A stretch of DNA of 63,859 nt, the filler included, from Chiloscyllium plagiosum (Eukaryota), in the NCBI RefSeq assembly GCF_004010195.1. It is 5 parts of one record of this genome, joined end to end, with 100 filler letters (N's around TTAATTAATTAA, not from the genome) between each part and the next. Parts side by side here need not be neighbours in the genome. Positions count along the whole stretch, not along the records: positions 30,589 to 47,806 come from NC_057717.1; positions 47,907 to 56,436 come from NC_057717.1; 3 more parts are not named here. One strand, given 5' to 3'. The notes under the pieces are model-generated. The model was not told the origin of the DNA. It searched no databases and saw nothing but the letters and a program-made list of their open reading frames with translations. Positions 34,959 through 48,419 of the stretch are shown in pieces (the first letter of the stretch is position 1; each line of letters starts with the position of its first letter). A program made the position numbers and the translations under genes.

Positions 34959-36832
34959 NNNNNNNNNNNNNNNNNNNNNNNNNNNNNNNNNNNNNNNNNN
35001 NNNNNNNNNNNNNNNNNNNNNNNNNNNNNNNNNNNNNNNNNNNNNNNNNNNNNNNNNNNNNNNNNNNNNNNNNNNNNNNNNNNNNNNNNNNNNNNNNNNN
35101 NNNNNNNNNNNNNNNNNNNNNNNNNNNNNNNNNNNNNNNNNNNNNNNNNNNNNNNNNNNNNNNNNNNNNNNNNNNNNNNNNNNNNNNNNNNNNNNNNNNN
35201 NNNNNNNNNNNNNNNNNNNNNNNNNNNNNNNNNNNNNNNNNNNNNNNNNNNNNNNNNNNNNNNNNNNNNNNNNNNNNNNNNNNNNNNNNNNNNNNNNNNN
35301 NNNNNNNNNNNNNNNNNNNNNNNNNNNNNNNNNNNNNNNNNNNNNNNNNNNNNNNNNNNNNNNNNNNNNNNNNNNNNNNNNNNNNNNNNNNNNNNNNNNN
35401 NNNNNNNNNNNNNNNNNNNNNNNNNNNNNNNNNNNNNNNNNNNNNNNNNNNNNNNNNNACACTGAACCTGACCCAGTCTGAGACTGATATCATTTGCCAT
35501 ATCATACACTTGCTTATGCTGAAATTTGCCGTTACCAATGGAGGAGGGGGACCAGAAATAGAAATAGAAAATGACTCTGCGACCGCGATAGGGACAGGGA
35601 TACAGACAAATTCTCCAACGACCGTTTGAGTGGGAATTCTCTGCCACACAAGTGGTACCTGTGTGTTTGCATTTCTTCAGAAGTGTGTTCGCAAAATGTT
35701 TGATGGGAAACTGGCTCAAGGAGAATGAACTACAGATAGGAACGTGGGGCTGAGACTGCAAGCTGATCAACCACAACCTTTGTGCCTGGTGGTACAGGGA
35801 CTCACTCTTGTTCCTCAGTCCTACATTGCCCCATTCCATTCAGTTCTCTTAAACCTGCTGCTCAGGAGCAGTTGGAGACCACTTGCTCCTTGGTAGGTGG
35901 TGCATAGAAACAGAGGGCACCATTCAAACCCTGAAGACAGTCAAACATGGTTTTGTATGGATTGGAAAACGTTCTTGGGGAAAGAGTGTGTGTTGCTGTA
36001 AAACAGGCCCCTCCTCTCTCTTTACAGATGGTTCCCTGTCTCCATTTATTTGTCATGGTGCAGATCCAGTTTCACAGTGAATACAGCCCTCATATCGCAC
36101 CCAGATGTGGCTCACAAAATCCTCTGGTCTCTCTGACTGAAACATTCCTTCACAGGACTTCCAGGAAAATAACAACGATGAACCATCCAATAACGGAATA
36201 CAAGAACATAAGAAGCAGGAAATAGGCCATTCAGCCCCAACAGCCTGATTTTCCCTTTAATAGGATCATAGCAGATCTGCTCTCGGCCCCAACTGCTGGA
36301 GTACCTGATATGTCAAACATCCAGCCATCCGGTCTTCCAACTATCTCAGTAATCTATCTCCCCTTCCTCTCTGGAATAGAGACATCCGGCTGTCACTCCA
36401 TTCTGTGAGAAGGAAACACGTTGCACACATACACTGTGACCTATTGACACCAACAAAAGATATAAACACTGGGAAGAGTAACTGACCCTGATAACAAGGC
36501 AGTATTTAACTGAGGATGGTATTAAGGAACCCAAACAAAATGGAACTTAATGGAAATAAATAGTATCCTCCCCACTTGTTGAAGTGATTCAGTACAAAGA
36601 AGATGATTGTGTTTCTTGGATATCTACCACCTCAGTCCTGGGATATCTCTGCGGGAGATCCTCAGCACAAGCATCGTCAGTTACTCCTCAATGTCACCCC
36701 CACCCCTCACCAGCTCAGAAGTGGGGAAATTCAATGAAGATCACACAATGTTCAGAACAATTCGTTCCCCCTCAGCTCCTGAAGCAGTCTGTGTCCATGT
36801 GTAGTAAGACCTGCACAACATTCAGGATTGAA

Positions 36833-37955
36833 AGGTATGGTGCTGGAAAAGTGCAGTAGGCCAGTCAGCATCCGAGGAGCAGGAGAATCGCCATTTCAGG
36901 CATAAGCCCTTCTTCAGGAATGAGGCTGGTGTGCCAAGCGGGCTGAGATANNNNNNNNNNNNNNNNNNNNNNNNNNNNNNNNNNNNNNNNNNNNNNNNNN
37001 NNNNNNNNNNNNNNNNNNNNNNNNNNNNNNNNNNNNNNNNNNNNNNNNNNNNNNNNNNNNNNNNNNNNNNNNNNNNNNNNNNNNNNNNNNNNNNNNNNNN
37101 NNNNNNNNNNNNNNNNNNNNNNNNNNNNNNNNNNNNNNNNNNNNNNNNNNNNNNNNNNNNNNNNNNNNNNNNNNNNNNNNNNNNNNNNNNNNNNNNNNNN
37201 NNNNNNNNNNNNNNNNNNNNNNNNNNNNNNNNNNNNNNNNNNNNNNNNNNNNNNNNNNNNNNNNNNNNNNNNNNNNNNNNNNNNNNNNNNNNNNNNNNNN
37301 NNNNNNNNNNNNNNNNNNNNNNNNNNNNNNNNNNNNNNNNNNNNNNNNNNNNNNNNNNNNNNNNNNNNNNNNNNNNNNNNNNNNNNNNNNNNNNNNNNNN
37401 NNNNNNNNNNNNNNNNNNNNNNNNNNNNNNNNNNNNNNNNNNNNNNNNNNNNNNNNNNNNNNNNNNNNNNNNNNNNNNNNNNNNNNNNNNNNNNNNNNNN
37501 NNNNNNNNNNNNNNNNNNNNNNNNNNNNNNNNNNNNNNNNNNNNNNNNNNNNNNNNNNNNNNNNNNNNNNNNNNNNNNNNNNNNNNNNNNNNNNNNNNNN
37601 NNNNNNNNNNNNNNNNNNNNNNNNNNNNNNNNNNNNNNNNNNNNNNNNNNNNNNNNNNNNNNNNNNNNNNNNNNNNNNNNNNNNNNNNNNNNNNNNNNNN
37701 NNNNNNNNNNNNNNNNNNNNNNNNNNNNNNNNNNNNNNNNNNNNNNNNNNNNNNNNNNNNNNNNNNNNNNNNNNNNNNNNNNNNNNNNNNNNNNNNNNNN
37801 NNNNNNNNNNNNNNNNNNNNNNNNNNNNNNNNNNNNNNNNNNNNNNCCGAAACGTTGATTCTCCTGCTCCTCGGATCCTGCCTGGCCTGCTGCGCTTTTC
37901 CTGTACTACACTTTTCAACTCTGGTCTCCAGCATCTGCAGTCCTCACTTTCTCCA
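36833..37955. mobile_element. Penelope-like element with inverted pseudo-LTRs flanking an assembly gap
   Basis: 36833-36915 and 37847-37920 are approximate reverse complements (GGTGCTGGAAAAG...GAGCAGGAGAATC). Confidence 0.7.
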
Positions 37956-40507
37956 ACATTCAGTATTGTGCTGTTAAAGTGTCGGTAACATTCATGTAAA
38001 AGTTGTGCTGAACATGTGCATTTCCACAGTAAAGGGAGGAGCTCATTCTGCAGCTCAAGCTCACTCCACAGGAATGTGAAGAGGTCATGCAGCACATTAA
38101 CAGTATTGGATAAGAATAGCGATAGCCCTTTCACTCCCCTTTGCCTATTACACAGGAAGAGAAGGAGCCCAGTCAAACACATTGAGCTGTTTAACAGGAA
38201 ACACGGGTTGCCCAGTCAGTTCCTTGAGCCTCCCTCATGAGATTAGAAGGCGGTCACTCAGCTGCTTGAGCGCCTTGTACAGAAATAGAAAGATGTTATC
38301 GACAACCCAACATGAAAAACCAATGAAGTAGAGACTGCACAGATAGACTGCTCCATGTTGTTCCTCCTGGCTCCATTGCTAATGGTACACAATTGACACA
38401 TAAACCTGGTTGGTTGACGATGAAGAGGGAAGACCAATGTTTTGTGTGAAAACTCAAGGAGGCAGCTTCCATCTCCGAGAAGGTAGACCACTGTTCTCTA
38501 GTATGGAGAGAAGCTAGTGGGAATGGCTAACTCTTACAGAACTAAAGAATTATTCACAAATCTGTCAGCAGTTGCAATGTTACGTTCAGTGCAGTGTCAC
38601 ATACTAATTGCACATTGAGGCGCTGAGAATTAATTCAGAGCCTGAAGCTCTCTCTCTCAACTAACATGGCGGCTCCACAGAGATACATAAACTAGCAAGA
38701 AGCACATATCGTGGGGAAAATGCTATTTTTCATGCTCCCAATGTCTTTCAATGGAAATAATGTGTGTTAGTTCATAATCTTCAAGTTTCGATGAAGTCAG
38801 CTCTTATTCGCTCACGGTGCTACAATTTGAACAGCCATTTCCTTCACACACGCCTCGTGGTACCATCATCCCAGAGATTATTCTGATAAAACTCCTTTTG
38901 CACTGTCTCTGTGACAAGGAGATCATAGCTTATAAAGGAGATAAAGTCTGTCTACAATAGGCGAAATACTGCCTCAACAACATTTCACAACTCTTACACA
39001 TGATACATTTTGTAATGAAGGATAGCATTTCATTTCCTGTCCTGATTAATAGATGCCTGAATGAATTCTTCTAATGGCTTATGACCAAGGACCTCCAGGT
39101 CCTTTTTGCCAGAAGCACTTCCCAAGCTCTCACCTAATGAATATAAAATGTAAAGGAATGTATATGTTGTTCACATTCAAATCATTCCTCTGCATTACAA
39201 TAGCGGTGCTCAAGCACTGGTACATGTGGTACACAATGTGTAGTGGCCATCTGTCCAAAGGAGGAACATAGTCTCTGTATTCTCTCCATCATTCAATTCT
39301 CGATCCATGTTGGAAATCCCTCAACCCCATTACCCAAGGACTGTAACTTCCTTCTCTCACCTGTGTCCAACTGTGTCAACCTTCTTCCGAAAATTCAAAT
39401 ACATCATTCCCACTGGTTCTAATTCATCGATGTCATAACCTCCGTAAACTCCAATACATTTTTCAAAGATAGTTTTCCTGTCCTGGATCTAGATTGATGC
39501 TGCTAAAACATATCATTACTCTACAATGATCTATTTATGATTAATAACAAAAATTACTAACATTTTCCTCACAAATGACATCAACTTATCCACCAGTTGG
39601 TTTGTAATTTCAATCTCCGCCGTTTTAAATACATGTGGTCACAATAGATACTTTCCAGTCTGCAAGATCCTTTTTCATAATGTAAACAGATTTGACCTCC
39701 TTATGTAATTAAGGAAAAGGCAATAAAGAAGGAGGCCATTGATCTATCGTGTCTGCACCAGCTCTGAAAAGAGTTATCCAGCCAGCTCAATTTTCCAAAC
39801 CTATCTCTGTAGCCCTCTAAAGTCATCACTCATCTGGTTCAGTGGCTTACCAAACTTCAACACAATTAGTTTTTCTACTACTTCGATTTTAGTAATTCCA
39901 AATTTCTTAACTTTCTCACTTTCACCAATCACTCTGTTCTCTAGCATTTCCAAAACGTTTTTCTGTTGCTTCGTCTGTCGATACAGAACCAACATATTTA
40001 CCTCACCGGTCAGACATGGCCTCTGTCACCTCGTGAATACATGAGGGGATGGGACTCCAGCATAATGCATACGTCACCCACTCATGCCTGGCAAGTTCCA
40101 GAATCAAAACAGTTGATGGGCATTTTGAGTACAGTCCTCTCCCTGGAGTGAGATTACAGGTTAAGTTGGAGGGGTTTACACAGCCCTGTGACCAACTCAT
40201 TGTTGAAATAAACTGGCTTCTCACTTTGCACCTGGGAAACGTACAGCATTGCGAAATATTTGTGGAAATCTAAGGAAGGATAGTGCAGTGTTTGCTCATG
40301 ATTTTGTTATTCTCAACTCCACAGATCACAAAATCAGCCCGAATAAAACAGGATTTAGACAACGGCCAGGCTTGGACTGACAAGTAACAAGCAATATTTG
40401 TGCCTCACTAATGTCAGACAAGAGCCATCATAAACCAACTCACCATCGGTATTCAACATCCAAATACATCACCATTGCTCAATCTATTGGCACTAACATT
40501 CTGAGGT

Positions 40508-40693
40508 AAAAACAATGAATGCAGATGCTGGAAACCAGATTCTGGATTAGTGGTGCTGGAATAGCACAACAGTTCAGGAAGCATCCGAGGTGCAGTAAAA
40601 TCGACGTTTCGGGCAAAAGCCCTTCATCAAGATTTTAATGCATCTCGGATGCTGCCTCAAGTGCTGTGTTCTTCCAGCATCACTAATCCAGAA
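40508..40693. mobile_element. Fold-back Penelope-derived mini-element with 16-bp TSD
   Basis: ACTAACATTCTGAGGT at 40492-40507 and 40694-40709; internal inverted repeat of roughly 65-70 bp per arm. Confidence 0.88.
40597..40636 (-). ncRNA. Hammerhead ribozyme-like motif
   Basis: AAAAUC-UUGAUGA-A-GGGC(UUUU)GCCC-GAAAC-GUC-GAUUUU; C3 replaced by U. Confidence 0.7.
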
Positions 40694-41009
40694 ACTAACA
40701 TTCTGAGGTTTATTCAAGATCATATAGATGCTGAGGCGAAAAAATCAAATCAGAATTTAGGAACTGTGAATCTAGAAACCTTTCTCCTGTCTTGCAAAAT
40801 CTTGCCCATTATCTCCACAGTTCAAATCAGGAATATGATGGAATAATCCGCACTTGTCTGAATGAGTGCAGCTCCAATAGTACTCAAATAGTTTGACACG
40901 ACCTTGAATGGACTCCACCACCGACACTCAACAGCTGGTGTAAGTGCAATGGCACTCCTTAAACAGCACCATCTTCACTCATTAACACTGCCATTTGAAT
41001 GGAAAAAAA

Positions 41010-43690
41010 GAAGCATTTATGGAATAGTGATCATAATTCATTTGACTCCAACATAAGTATTTTAATGGACAAAGTTAGACTAAGATTTGGGTTTTAGTAT
41101 GATCCAATTTAATTTTATTAATCTGAGAAGAGATTTCATCGAAGTGAACAGGAAACAATAACGAGAAGATAAATCACAATTGGAGCAGTGGCAGGTAGTC
41201 TGAGGGCAGATAAACGGATTTCAAGAAAACGTATTCTGGCAAAGTAAAAAGCATAAGGCTGCTTCTTCCAGAACTCACGTGAATTCTGGGAAAACACTGA
41301 CAGAACAGGAAAGAATACATTAGACAGTGGGAACTCAATACTACAGAAAGCCGCAAAGAGTATGAGACGTGGAGGAGAGATGCAAAGAGAAATCAGAAAG
41401 CAACCGGTGTGTGTGAAATGATGCTGGAAAGAAACAAATGATCTTTAGCAGTTTTGTTACCCATACGGGAACTCAATACTACAGAAAGCCGAGAAGAGTA
41501 TGGGACGTGGAGGAGAGAGAAAAGAGAAATCAGAAAGCAACTGGTGTGTGTGAAATGATGCTGGAAAGAAACAAACGATCTTTAGCAGTTTTGTTACCCA
41601 TACAGAGAACAAAAATAAGTATCATAAAAGGCAATCAATAGAAACCATATGTACATGTAGAAGGTTTGAATAGCTTTCTTAATTTTAGTTTAAGCTTAAG
41701 GGGACTCACAACGTGGGCTATCGTGATGAAGCTGGGAGAATTGTCTGCGAAGCCCACAGGCCCTTCTCGATGTCACTGCATTTAGAAACATGCGATTTGG
41801 TAATCGAGACGGTGTGGTAACGATGGCAAGACTTCGGAACCTTTGACGACAAGAGAATTTGTGAGCTCAATCTAAAAGAAAAAGGAAGCACATGTAAGTG
41901 TTTGGAAATTGAAAGCACTCAGGGGCCTCGAAAACAAAAACCTAAGAAACAGGAAAAACGTAAACACGGAGGTGGAGGGCTAAAAGGCAACATGAAATGT
42001 CTTTCATAAACAGGAAAATCCCAAATCGGTTTATCAGGAGTAAGAGAGTAGCCAGGGAAAGAGTACACCCACTTAAGAACAAAGTAGGGAATTAATGCGT
42101 GGAGCTGGAGGAAATGTGTGAAGTCCTTAACGAATACTTCGCATTACAAAGGAGAAGGACATGGTGGATGGCGAGTCTAGAAAAGGAGATGCTAACATTC
42201 CAGAGCATGTCGATATTTTAAAAAGGAGGATGTGCTGGGTGTTTTGAAAAGCATTCAGGGAGACAAATCTCCAGCATAGGTTGGGATCAATCCCAGACCA
42301 CTGAGTGAATCAGAGGGAGCAAATGTTTGGGCCCTGTGCGCACACTTTCTGTACTCTTCAGTCACAGGAGAGCTTCCAGAGAGCTGGAAAAAATAGCTCA
42401 TGTTGGTTACTAGCTGAAAAGGGGCAACATGGTTCATCCAAGAAATTTCAGGTTGTGAGCTTTATGTAAGTGTTCGTGAAATGTTTTGGAGAAGATTCTC
42501 AGATACAGGATTGACAAACATTTGGGAAACATATGGAATTATTAGCGATAGGCACCATGGGTTTGTGTGGGAAAGAACATGTCTTACAAACTTGATTGAA
42601 TATTTTGAGAAAGTGACAAAATTGATTGATGAGGGCATGGGGCTGGATGTTGGCCTTATAGACCTCATCAAGGCCTTTGATATGGTTCCTTATGGCAGGT
42701 TCATATAGAAGGTGAAGGGAAATGGGATCAGCGGTCAGTTCGTAAGATGGATAGAGGAATGCTTGGCCATAGACAGTAGCGGTGGAACGCTGATTTTGTG
42801 ATTGGAGATTTGTGAATAGATTGGGGGAGTTGCGGATTGTGAGGATGATTGCGAGAGGATACAGCAGGATGTAGGTCGGCTGAAGACTTGGACAGAGAAA
42901 ACACAGATATAATTTAATCTGGACAAATGTGACATGATGCATTTTAGAAGGTCTAATGCAGGAGCGAAGTGTAAATTAGACGGAAAAATCTTCTGGTTGC
43001 ATTAACATCCGAAGGGATCTTGGTGTACAGCTCCACAGTTTCCTGGAAGTGGCAACACGGGTGGATAGGGTGATCAAGACGACTGACGGCAAACTTGCAG
43101 ACATGCATCGGTGCATGCAGTATGAAAATTAGCAGGTCATATTTTAGCTGTAGAGAAACTTAGTTCGGGCACATTTGGTTAAAAACCAGCAGAACGATGT
43201 GGAGGTTTTCGAGGGGGTATGGAAAAAATTACGAGGATGTTGTCTGGTTTGTAGGGTATTAGCCAGAATGAGATATTGGACAATTTTTTTTGCACCTGGG
43301 CATCAGTGGCTGAGTGTCTGCCTGATTGACATTTACAAAATTATAAGAGGCATAGATAGAAGGACAGTTGGAGGTGTTTTCCCAGAATAGAATTATCAAT
43401 TACTCGGGGCCATGGATTTGAGGTAAAAGGGAGAAAGTATAGGAGATATGATCAGTCAGCTTTTATTTGCTTTTCTGGACAGAATGTGAAAGTGCCTGGA
43501 ATGCACTGATAGAGAAGAAGCTAATATAGCAAGGATTAAGAGGTACCTTGACACAGTGATGAGTAGACAGGAAATAGAATGACATTGAACGTGTAGAAGC
43601 AAAGGTTTTCGTTTTAACTTTAGAAAGGCCACTTGCGTCAGTGTAAGCTTGCCGGGCTGAAAGGCATGTTCCTGTGTTATTCTGTTGTTA
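41010..43690 (+). mobile_element. Degenerate CR1 ORF2
   Basis: HGFVWERTCLTNLIEYFEKVT...IKAFDMVPYGR; 3' UTR near 43650. Confidence 0.8.
41329..41603. repeat. ~138-bp tandem duplication
   Basis: Units 41329-41466 and 41467-41603 are near-identical. Confidence 0.9.
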
Positions 43691-44087
43691 GAGACAAGAT
43701 TTGAGTGCGGGAGTGGCGGGATGCTGACTGAATGATTACTGATGATCAACAGTCACATTCATGTAAGTTCCCCCCTCATCAATTTGCAGTTTCATTTCCT
43801 CCCTCCCACGATGGGGAAACTAATTATGGAGAATTTGACATGAACGTCAGAGTTGGTATATGGTAACTCCATTTTGCCCCTCGCTCCTGCGGCCTTCTAT
43901 CCTGGACTCCAACGTCTCTGGGGACACTGCACAGATAGAAGCTGCATGTACTCCATACCCACCAATGCTGGCGTCTGTCACATGCCAGCCTCACCATGCC
44001 ATCCCAGCACATCTCCGACCCACTGACAGTACACATCTGTACTTCAGCGCTGCAGCTCATGGTGCACTGACAACGCTCATTTCAATG

Positions 44088-44265
44088 CTGCTGCAAGGAC
44101 TCTGCGCTTAGGGACAAACACCCAGCTCATGGACTGTCCCTCTGGACTGCTCACTCCATGTTATACACACTCACTGCTGCTGCAAGGACACTGTGCTCAG
44201 GGACACACACCCAGCTCATTGACTGTCCCTCTGGGCTGCTCACTCCGTGTTTGTACACACTCACT
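44088..44265. repeat. ~89-bp tandem duplication
   Basis: GCTGCTGCAAGGAC...CACACTCACT occurs twice. Confidence 0.85.
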
Positions 44266-44439
44266 TTGAGCTGACTTGAATGCTCATAGAATTATTGCTC
44301 TGCCTTACCCTGCCTTTAGCAGCGTTTTCCCTCATCCAGAGCTACCAGGCTCACCAGCCCGCTGAATTTCCTTGGTGTTTAGCACGGGCACAAAACCAAG
44401 AAGCTTGACATCATTGCCTATAGTCAGTCACAGTGCCCA

Positions 44440-45139
44440 GCACAGTCAGTCAGGGGGAGTCTCAGATCCCAGTCCAGGAGCTTGGACATAGTCAGTCAGC
44501 TTCTCGTGGTTGTTGGGGTCAGGATCATTCCCTTGTGAAGGGGTGAGGAGCTGAATATTGGAGAGACCCCTATCCCTCTTGGCTGTTTCTGCCCTATTAT
44601 GGGATCGTTCCTTCTGGAATGAGAGAATTACGAAACAGCATGAGGGAGATGGAAGTGGTTGGTGCAGCGCTTTTGCTGATACAGCTGAGGGAAAGGTAGC
44701 GTATTGTCCTGAGTGAGTGAATAGGCAGCACAGAGACCAGGCAAAGTTGGGGAGAGGGCCAGAGAAGACATTAAAGAGACACCGAGAGAAGGTGCTGCAT
44801 TCAGTAAGAAAGAGATAACATGAGACTTGGTGGGGGTGTGGGGGTGGTGCAGTAACAGAAAGATGGAGAGGGCGACGTCACAAAGTGCAGGTGGTGGCTC
44901 TTACTCTGGTGGATTCGAGAGGGTTACTGACCCCCTTCCTAAACTGCTGCGCATTCACCCAGAAGGCTGGCACCTCACTGATCCATGGGTTCGTCTGGGA
45001 CCAATCTGACAGGTTCTGGTGTCATGGCTTCCCCTGCCAGTCCTCGAGGAAGATAATGTCTCTCTCCTGCAAAATGCCACCCATCAGAACCTCAGGGGCT
45101 TGGAAACAAAATCGGACCCAGTTTTACCCCCTCTGACAT
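44440..45139 (-). pseudogene. PIF/Harbinger-type Myb/SANT-like DNA-binding protein relic (two exons)
   Basis: Exon 1 (45139-44905) reads EVLMGGILQERDIIFLED..W..I....NAQQFRKGVSNPLESTR|GTAAG. Exon 2, after TTCTCTCATTCCAG (from 44613), reads KERSHNRAETAKRDRGLSNIQLLTP. Phase-0 intron; one stop and one frameshift. Confidence 0.65.
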
Positions 45140-46534
45140 GTCCAGACCCAGGGCAATTTCGGATTGATAATCCAAGAGTTTAATGACTTTTTAAAGATGG
45201 CCCCTGTAACAGGGAGGCCGGTGATTTCTGGGATATCCAGGCAGTGGGAAGTTGTTATGACGAAGGGAAAATCATCCGGTTAGGAAGATCACGCGGACAG
45301 GGAGGGTAGTTAATGAGACAGATTGGGGATGGTATCATGAGGAAATGCACTTCACCTTGTGGAGAGAAACCCTCCGTGAAACTCGACTAAAATGATACTT
45401 GACAAAATCAAATGATGGCTTAGACCTCTGTCTGAATGAAATAAAATAGTTATGCAGTGTGAAATATTGGGAGCAACAAACTTGGAGCGGAGATTTATGC
45501 AGCAGATTCAAATCCATAAATAGGATAACCTGTTACATCTCTGTGCAGTCCCAGTGACCTGAAATATGAATATCTATGCTTTCCTAGGAAGCAGCTGACA
45601 ATGTAAATGCACAATTTTCTGTACCTCAGTCAGGATAATGGCAACACCACTTTTGCTGGTGGAGATGCTGGGGAGGTGATGGTCTAGAAGTATTTTCTCC
45701 AGACTATTAATCCAAACACACAGGTAATGACCCAAACACCGGACTTCAATCCCGCACCAGCTGATGGTGAATTGAATCAATAAAATATTTGAAATGAGCA
45801 ATCTCATGAAATACTAATGGTTTTTAAAACTAAAAACTCCTGGTTCGCTAGTGTCCTCCGACCAATGCAATTTGAAATGTCCAAGCCAACCATTCAGTTA
45901 TAACACGACAAACTCTCAAAGAAGTGAAACCAGACAGGCCGATGTACTGGAAGCCCGACAGCACATGTTCAGAAATGCTGTTCCCCAACACCTTATCAAG
46001 AGCAACTAGGAAAGAGAAATAATTGCTGGCCCAGCCAACAATACCCTTGTCCCATTAATGAAGAAAAGAAAAGATCACTCTCAGGAAGGAGAGATCGAGG
46101 GGACAGAAGTCTCTTTAACAGGGACTTGGATATAAACCTACATGAACATGATACTCAGGGATATGGGAAAATGTGAAAAATAAATGAAAATATTCTCACA
46201 TCATATTTCCAATCCAGCTGAATATTAATAATCCCTTTGTTTATTATTTCCATCTCTCTATTTCTCTACATATTAATTTCTCCCCTCCCCCCGACCCACC
46301 AACGCACATTACGCTATTTCCTTGCTGCTTTCAGATCTGATAAATGGTGAGTGGACTCAAAATGCTAACTCTGTTTTTCTCTCAACAGAGGCAGCCAAAC
46401 CTGTTCCGTTTCCCTAGCACTCTGTTTCTATTTGAATCTTTCCAGAATCTTTCTTTGTTTGATTTACCCTTCTCTTTGTTATTTTATGGGACATTGTCCC
46501 ATCGAGTCCGCACTGACACTCAGAAGAACGCTGA

Positions 46535-47050
46535 GCAGAGACCCATCTCATACCCTATTCCTGCATTTCCATTGACTAACCAGCCTCGCCCCCTATCCCT
46601 GCGTGTTCCATATCTAACACACCTAGCTGGACATGCTGGGTAATTTAGCATGATCAGCCCACTGAATCTGTTTGAACTGTGGGAGGAACCTGGAGCACCT
46701 AGAGGAAGCATTTGCAGACATGAGAGAAGGTGAAACTCAATACAAGCAGTCGTGATGATGGAAACAAACAGGGTCCCTGGTACTGTGAGACAGCCGTGCT
46801 AACCACCGACACACCATATCCCCCTCCCCTTGCCCTCCAAACAGGGTCCCTGGTACTGTGAGACAGCCGTGCTAACCACCGACACACCATATCCCCCTCC
46901 CCCTCCCTCCAAACTGGGTCCCTTGTTCTGTGAGACAGCCGTGCTAACCACTGAGACACCAAACTTCCTTCCCCGCTCCCAAACCGGGTCCCAGGTTCTG
47001 TGAGACGGCCGTGCTAATCACTGAGGTGTCTTACCGCCCTCCCCCCTCAC
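46535..47050 (-). mobile_element. HE1/V-SINE-like element with four tandem tRNA-like heads
   Basis: V-domain-like CCAGGTTCCTCCCACAG on the minus strand; ~72-bp units starting at 46766, 46839, 46911 and 46981, each with GGTTAGCACGGCTGTCTCACAG-like sequence. Confidence 0.75.
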
Positions 47051-48419
47051 AAAACTGACTCCCGTTGCTGGGGAACAGTGAGGAAAATGCAAATCTGAAA
47101 TACAAACAGAAAACTTTGACAAAACACAGAAGATGAGTCAGGGTCTGGAGCGAGGAGCAGAGTGAGAATATTGAGTCTAATATGATCCTGTTCTGAAAAA
47201 CTCATATTGCACTCAAAAAGTTAATTGTGTTTCTCTCTGATCAGAACCTGCTCAGGTTTTCTAACACTTTAAACTTTCTTTTTCTTTTGGACTGTGGATA
47301 ATTGTCTGATCTGAAAGTGGTCAGTTAAGCTAACATTTCTGTTGACTCTCAAGTTTTTGGTTATGATTTATGAGTGAAAAATTAAAAACTTTGTGCCTGA
47401 CAGGTTCCTAAGTACCAGTAATGTGTTGTACTGTCATAACGCATTCTGAAAATTTTGAAAGCATTGGTATTGACAGCAAAGGATCAGTTCTCTCAAAGTA
47501 ATTGACTGATTTACCGATCCCAATTGTTATCAATGTCTTATCATGCTACTGATGTCACTGGCATCATACTCATTCAACAAGATCATAACTTTCCAGTAGT
47601 AGTATTTACTCCCAGCTAGGAGTAAATATTTACGAGGAGTTAATATTTACTATTCATCAAGAGGGGATCATGCTAATGAATCTGTTAGAATTCTTTGAGG
47701 ATTTAACAAGCAGGTTAGACCAAGGAGAGCCAATGGATGCTATCTATATGGACTTCAAGAAGGACGATGTCAAGATACCGCACAGGAGGCTGTTGAAGAA
47801 GATAAGNNNNNNNNNNNNNNNNNNNNNNNNNNNNNNNNNNNNNNNNNNNNTTAATTAATTAANNNNNNNNNNNNNNNNNNNNNNNNNNNNNNNNNNNNNN
47901 NNNNNNAATGGAAGGGATGGAAGCAGCAGAGGCAGCTGATCGGATTGTGTCAATATTAGTGACAGAGAAACTGCATGTGCTCCGCAGTTGTTGGGGAGAA
48001 TGGAGAAGACAGGATGATGGACAGTATTTAACAAAGAAACAAATCCTGGGTTAGTGATATTTAAAATGAGTGAACAAACCTGATGTATTTAGCTTCTATC
48101 CAGAATGTTAAAATGTACAACTGAAGTCCGGATTCGAATCCCAACCCCGGTTGATGGTGGAATCTGAATTCAATAAAAAATACAACTGAAATTAAGAACC
48201 GACTGATCTCAATTGAACAATTGCCAATGGCAGAAAAAATCCCTAATGCCCTCCCGGGAAAGATAACTGCCAATGTAGCAGTGGCCCAGCAAGCTACTCA
48301 TTGTCTTCATCACTGTAAAGTCTCAGCAAAGAAAATAAACTGGATGGACCACATGACATCTACTAAGGCACCAGAAATACAAACACAGAATCAGCCCTCT
48401 CGACCCTGCAAATTCCTCT

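Noticed and set aside
35950..35990. Walker A-like GKRSWGKS
   Set aside because: Lies in a 65-aa ORF with no Walker B or other NTPase context; may be chance.
33427..38182. Long ORFs of 169-422 aa in the ORF track
   Set aside because: They consist mostly of X from N gaps.
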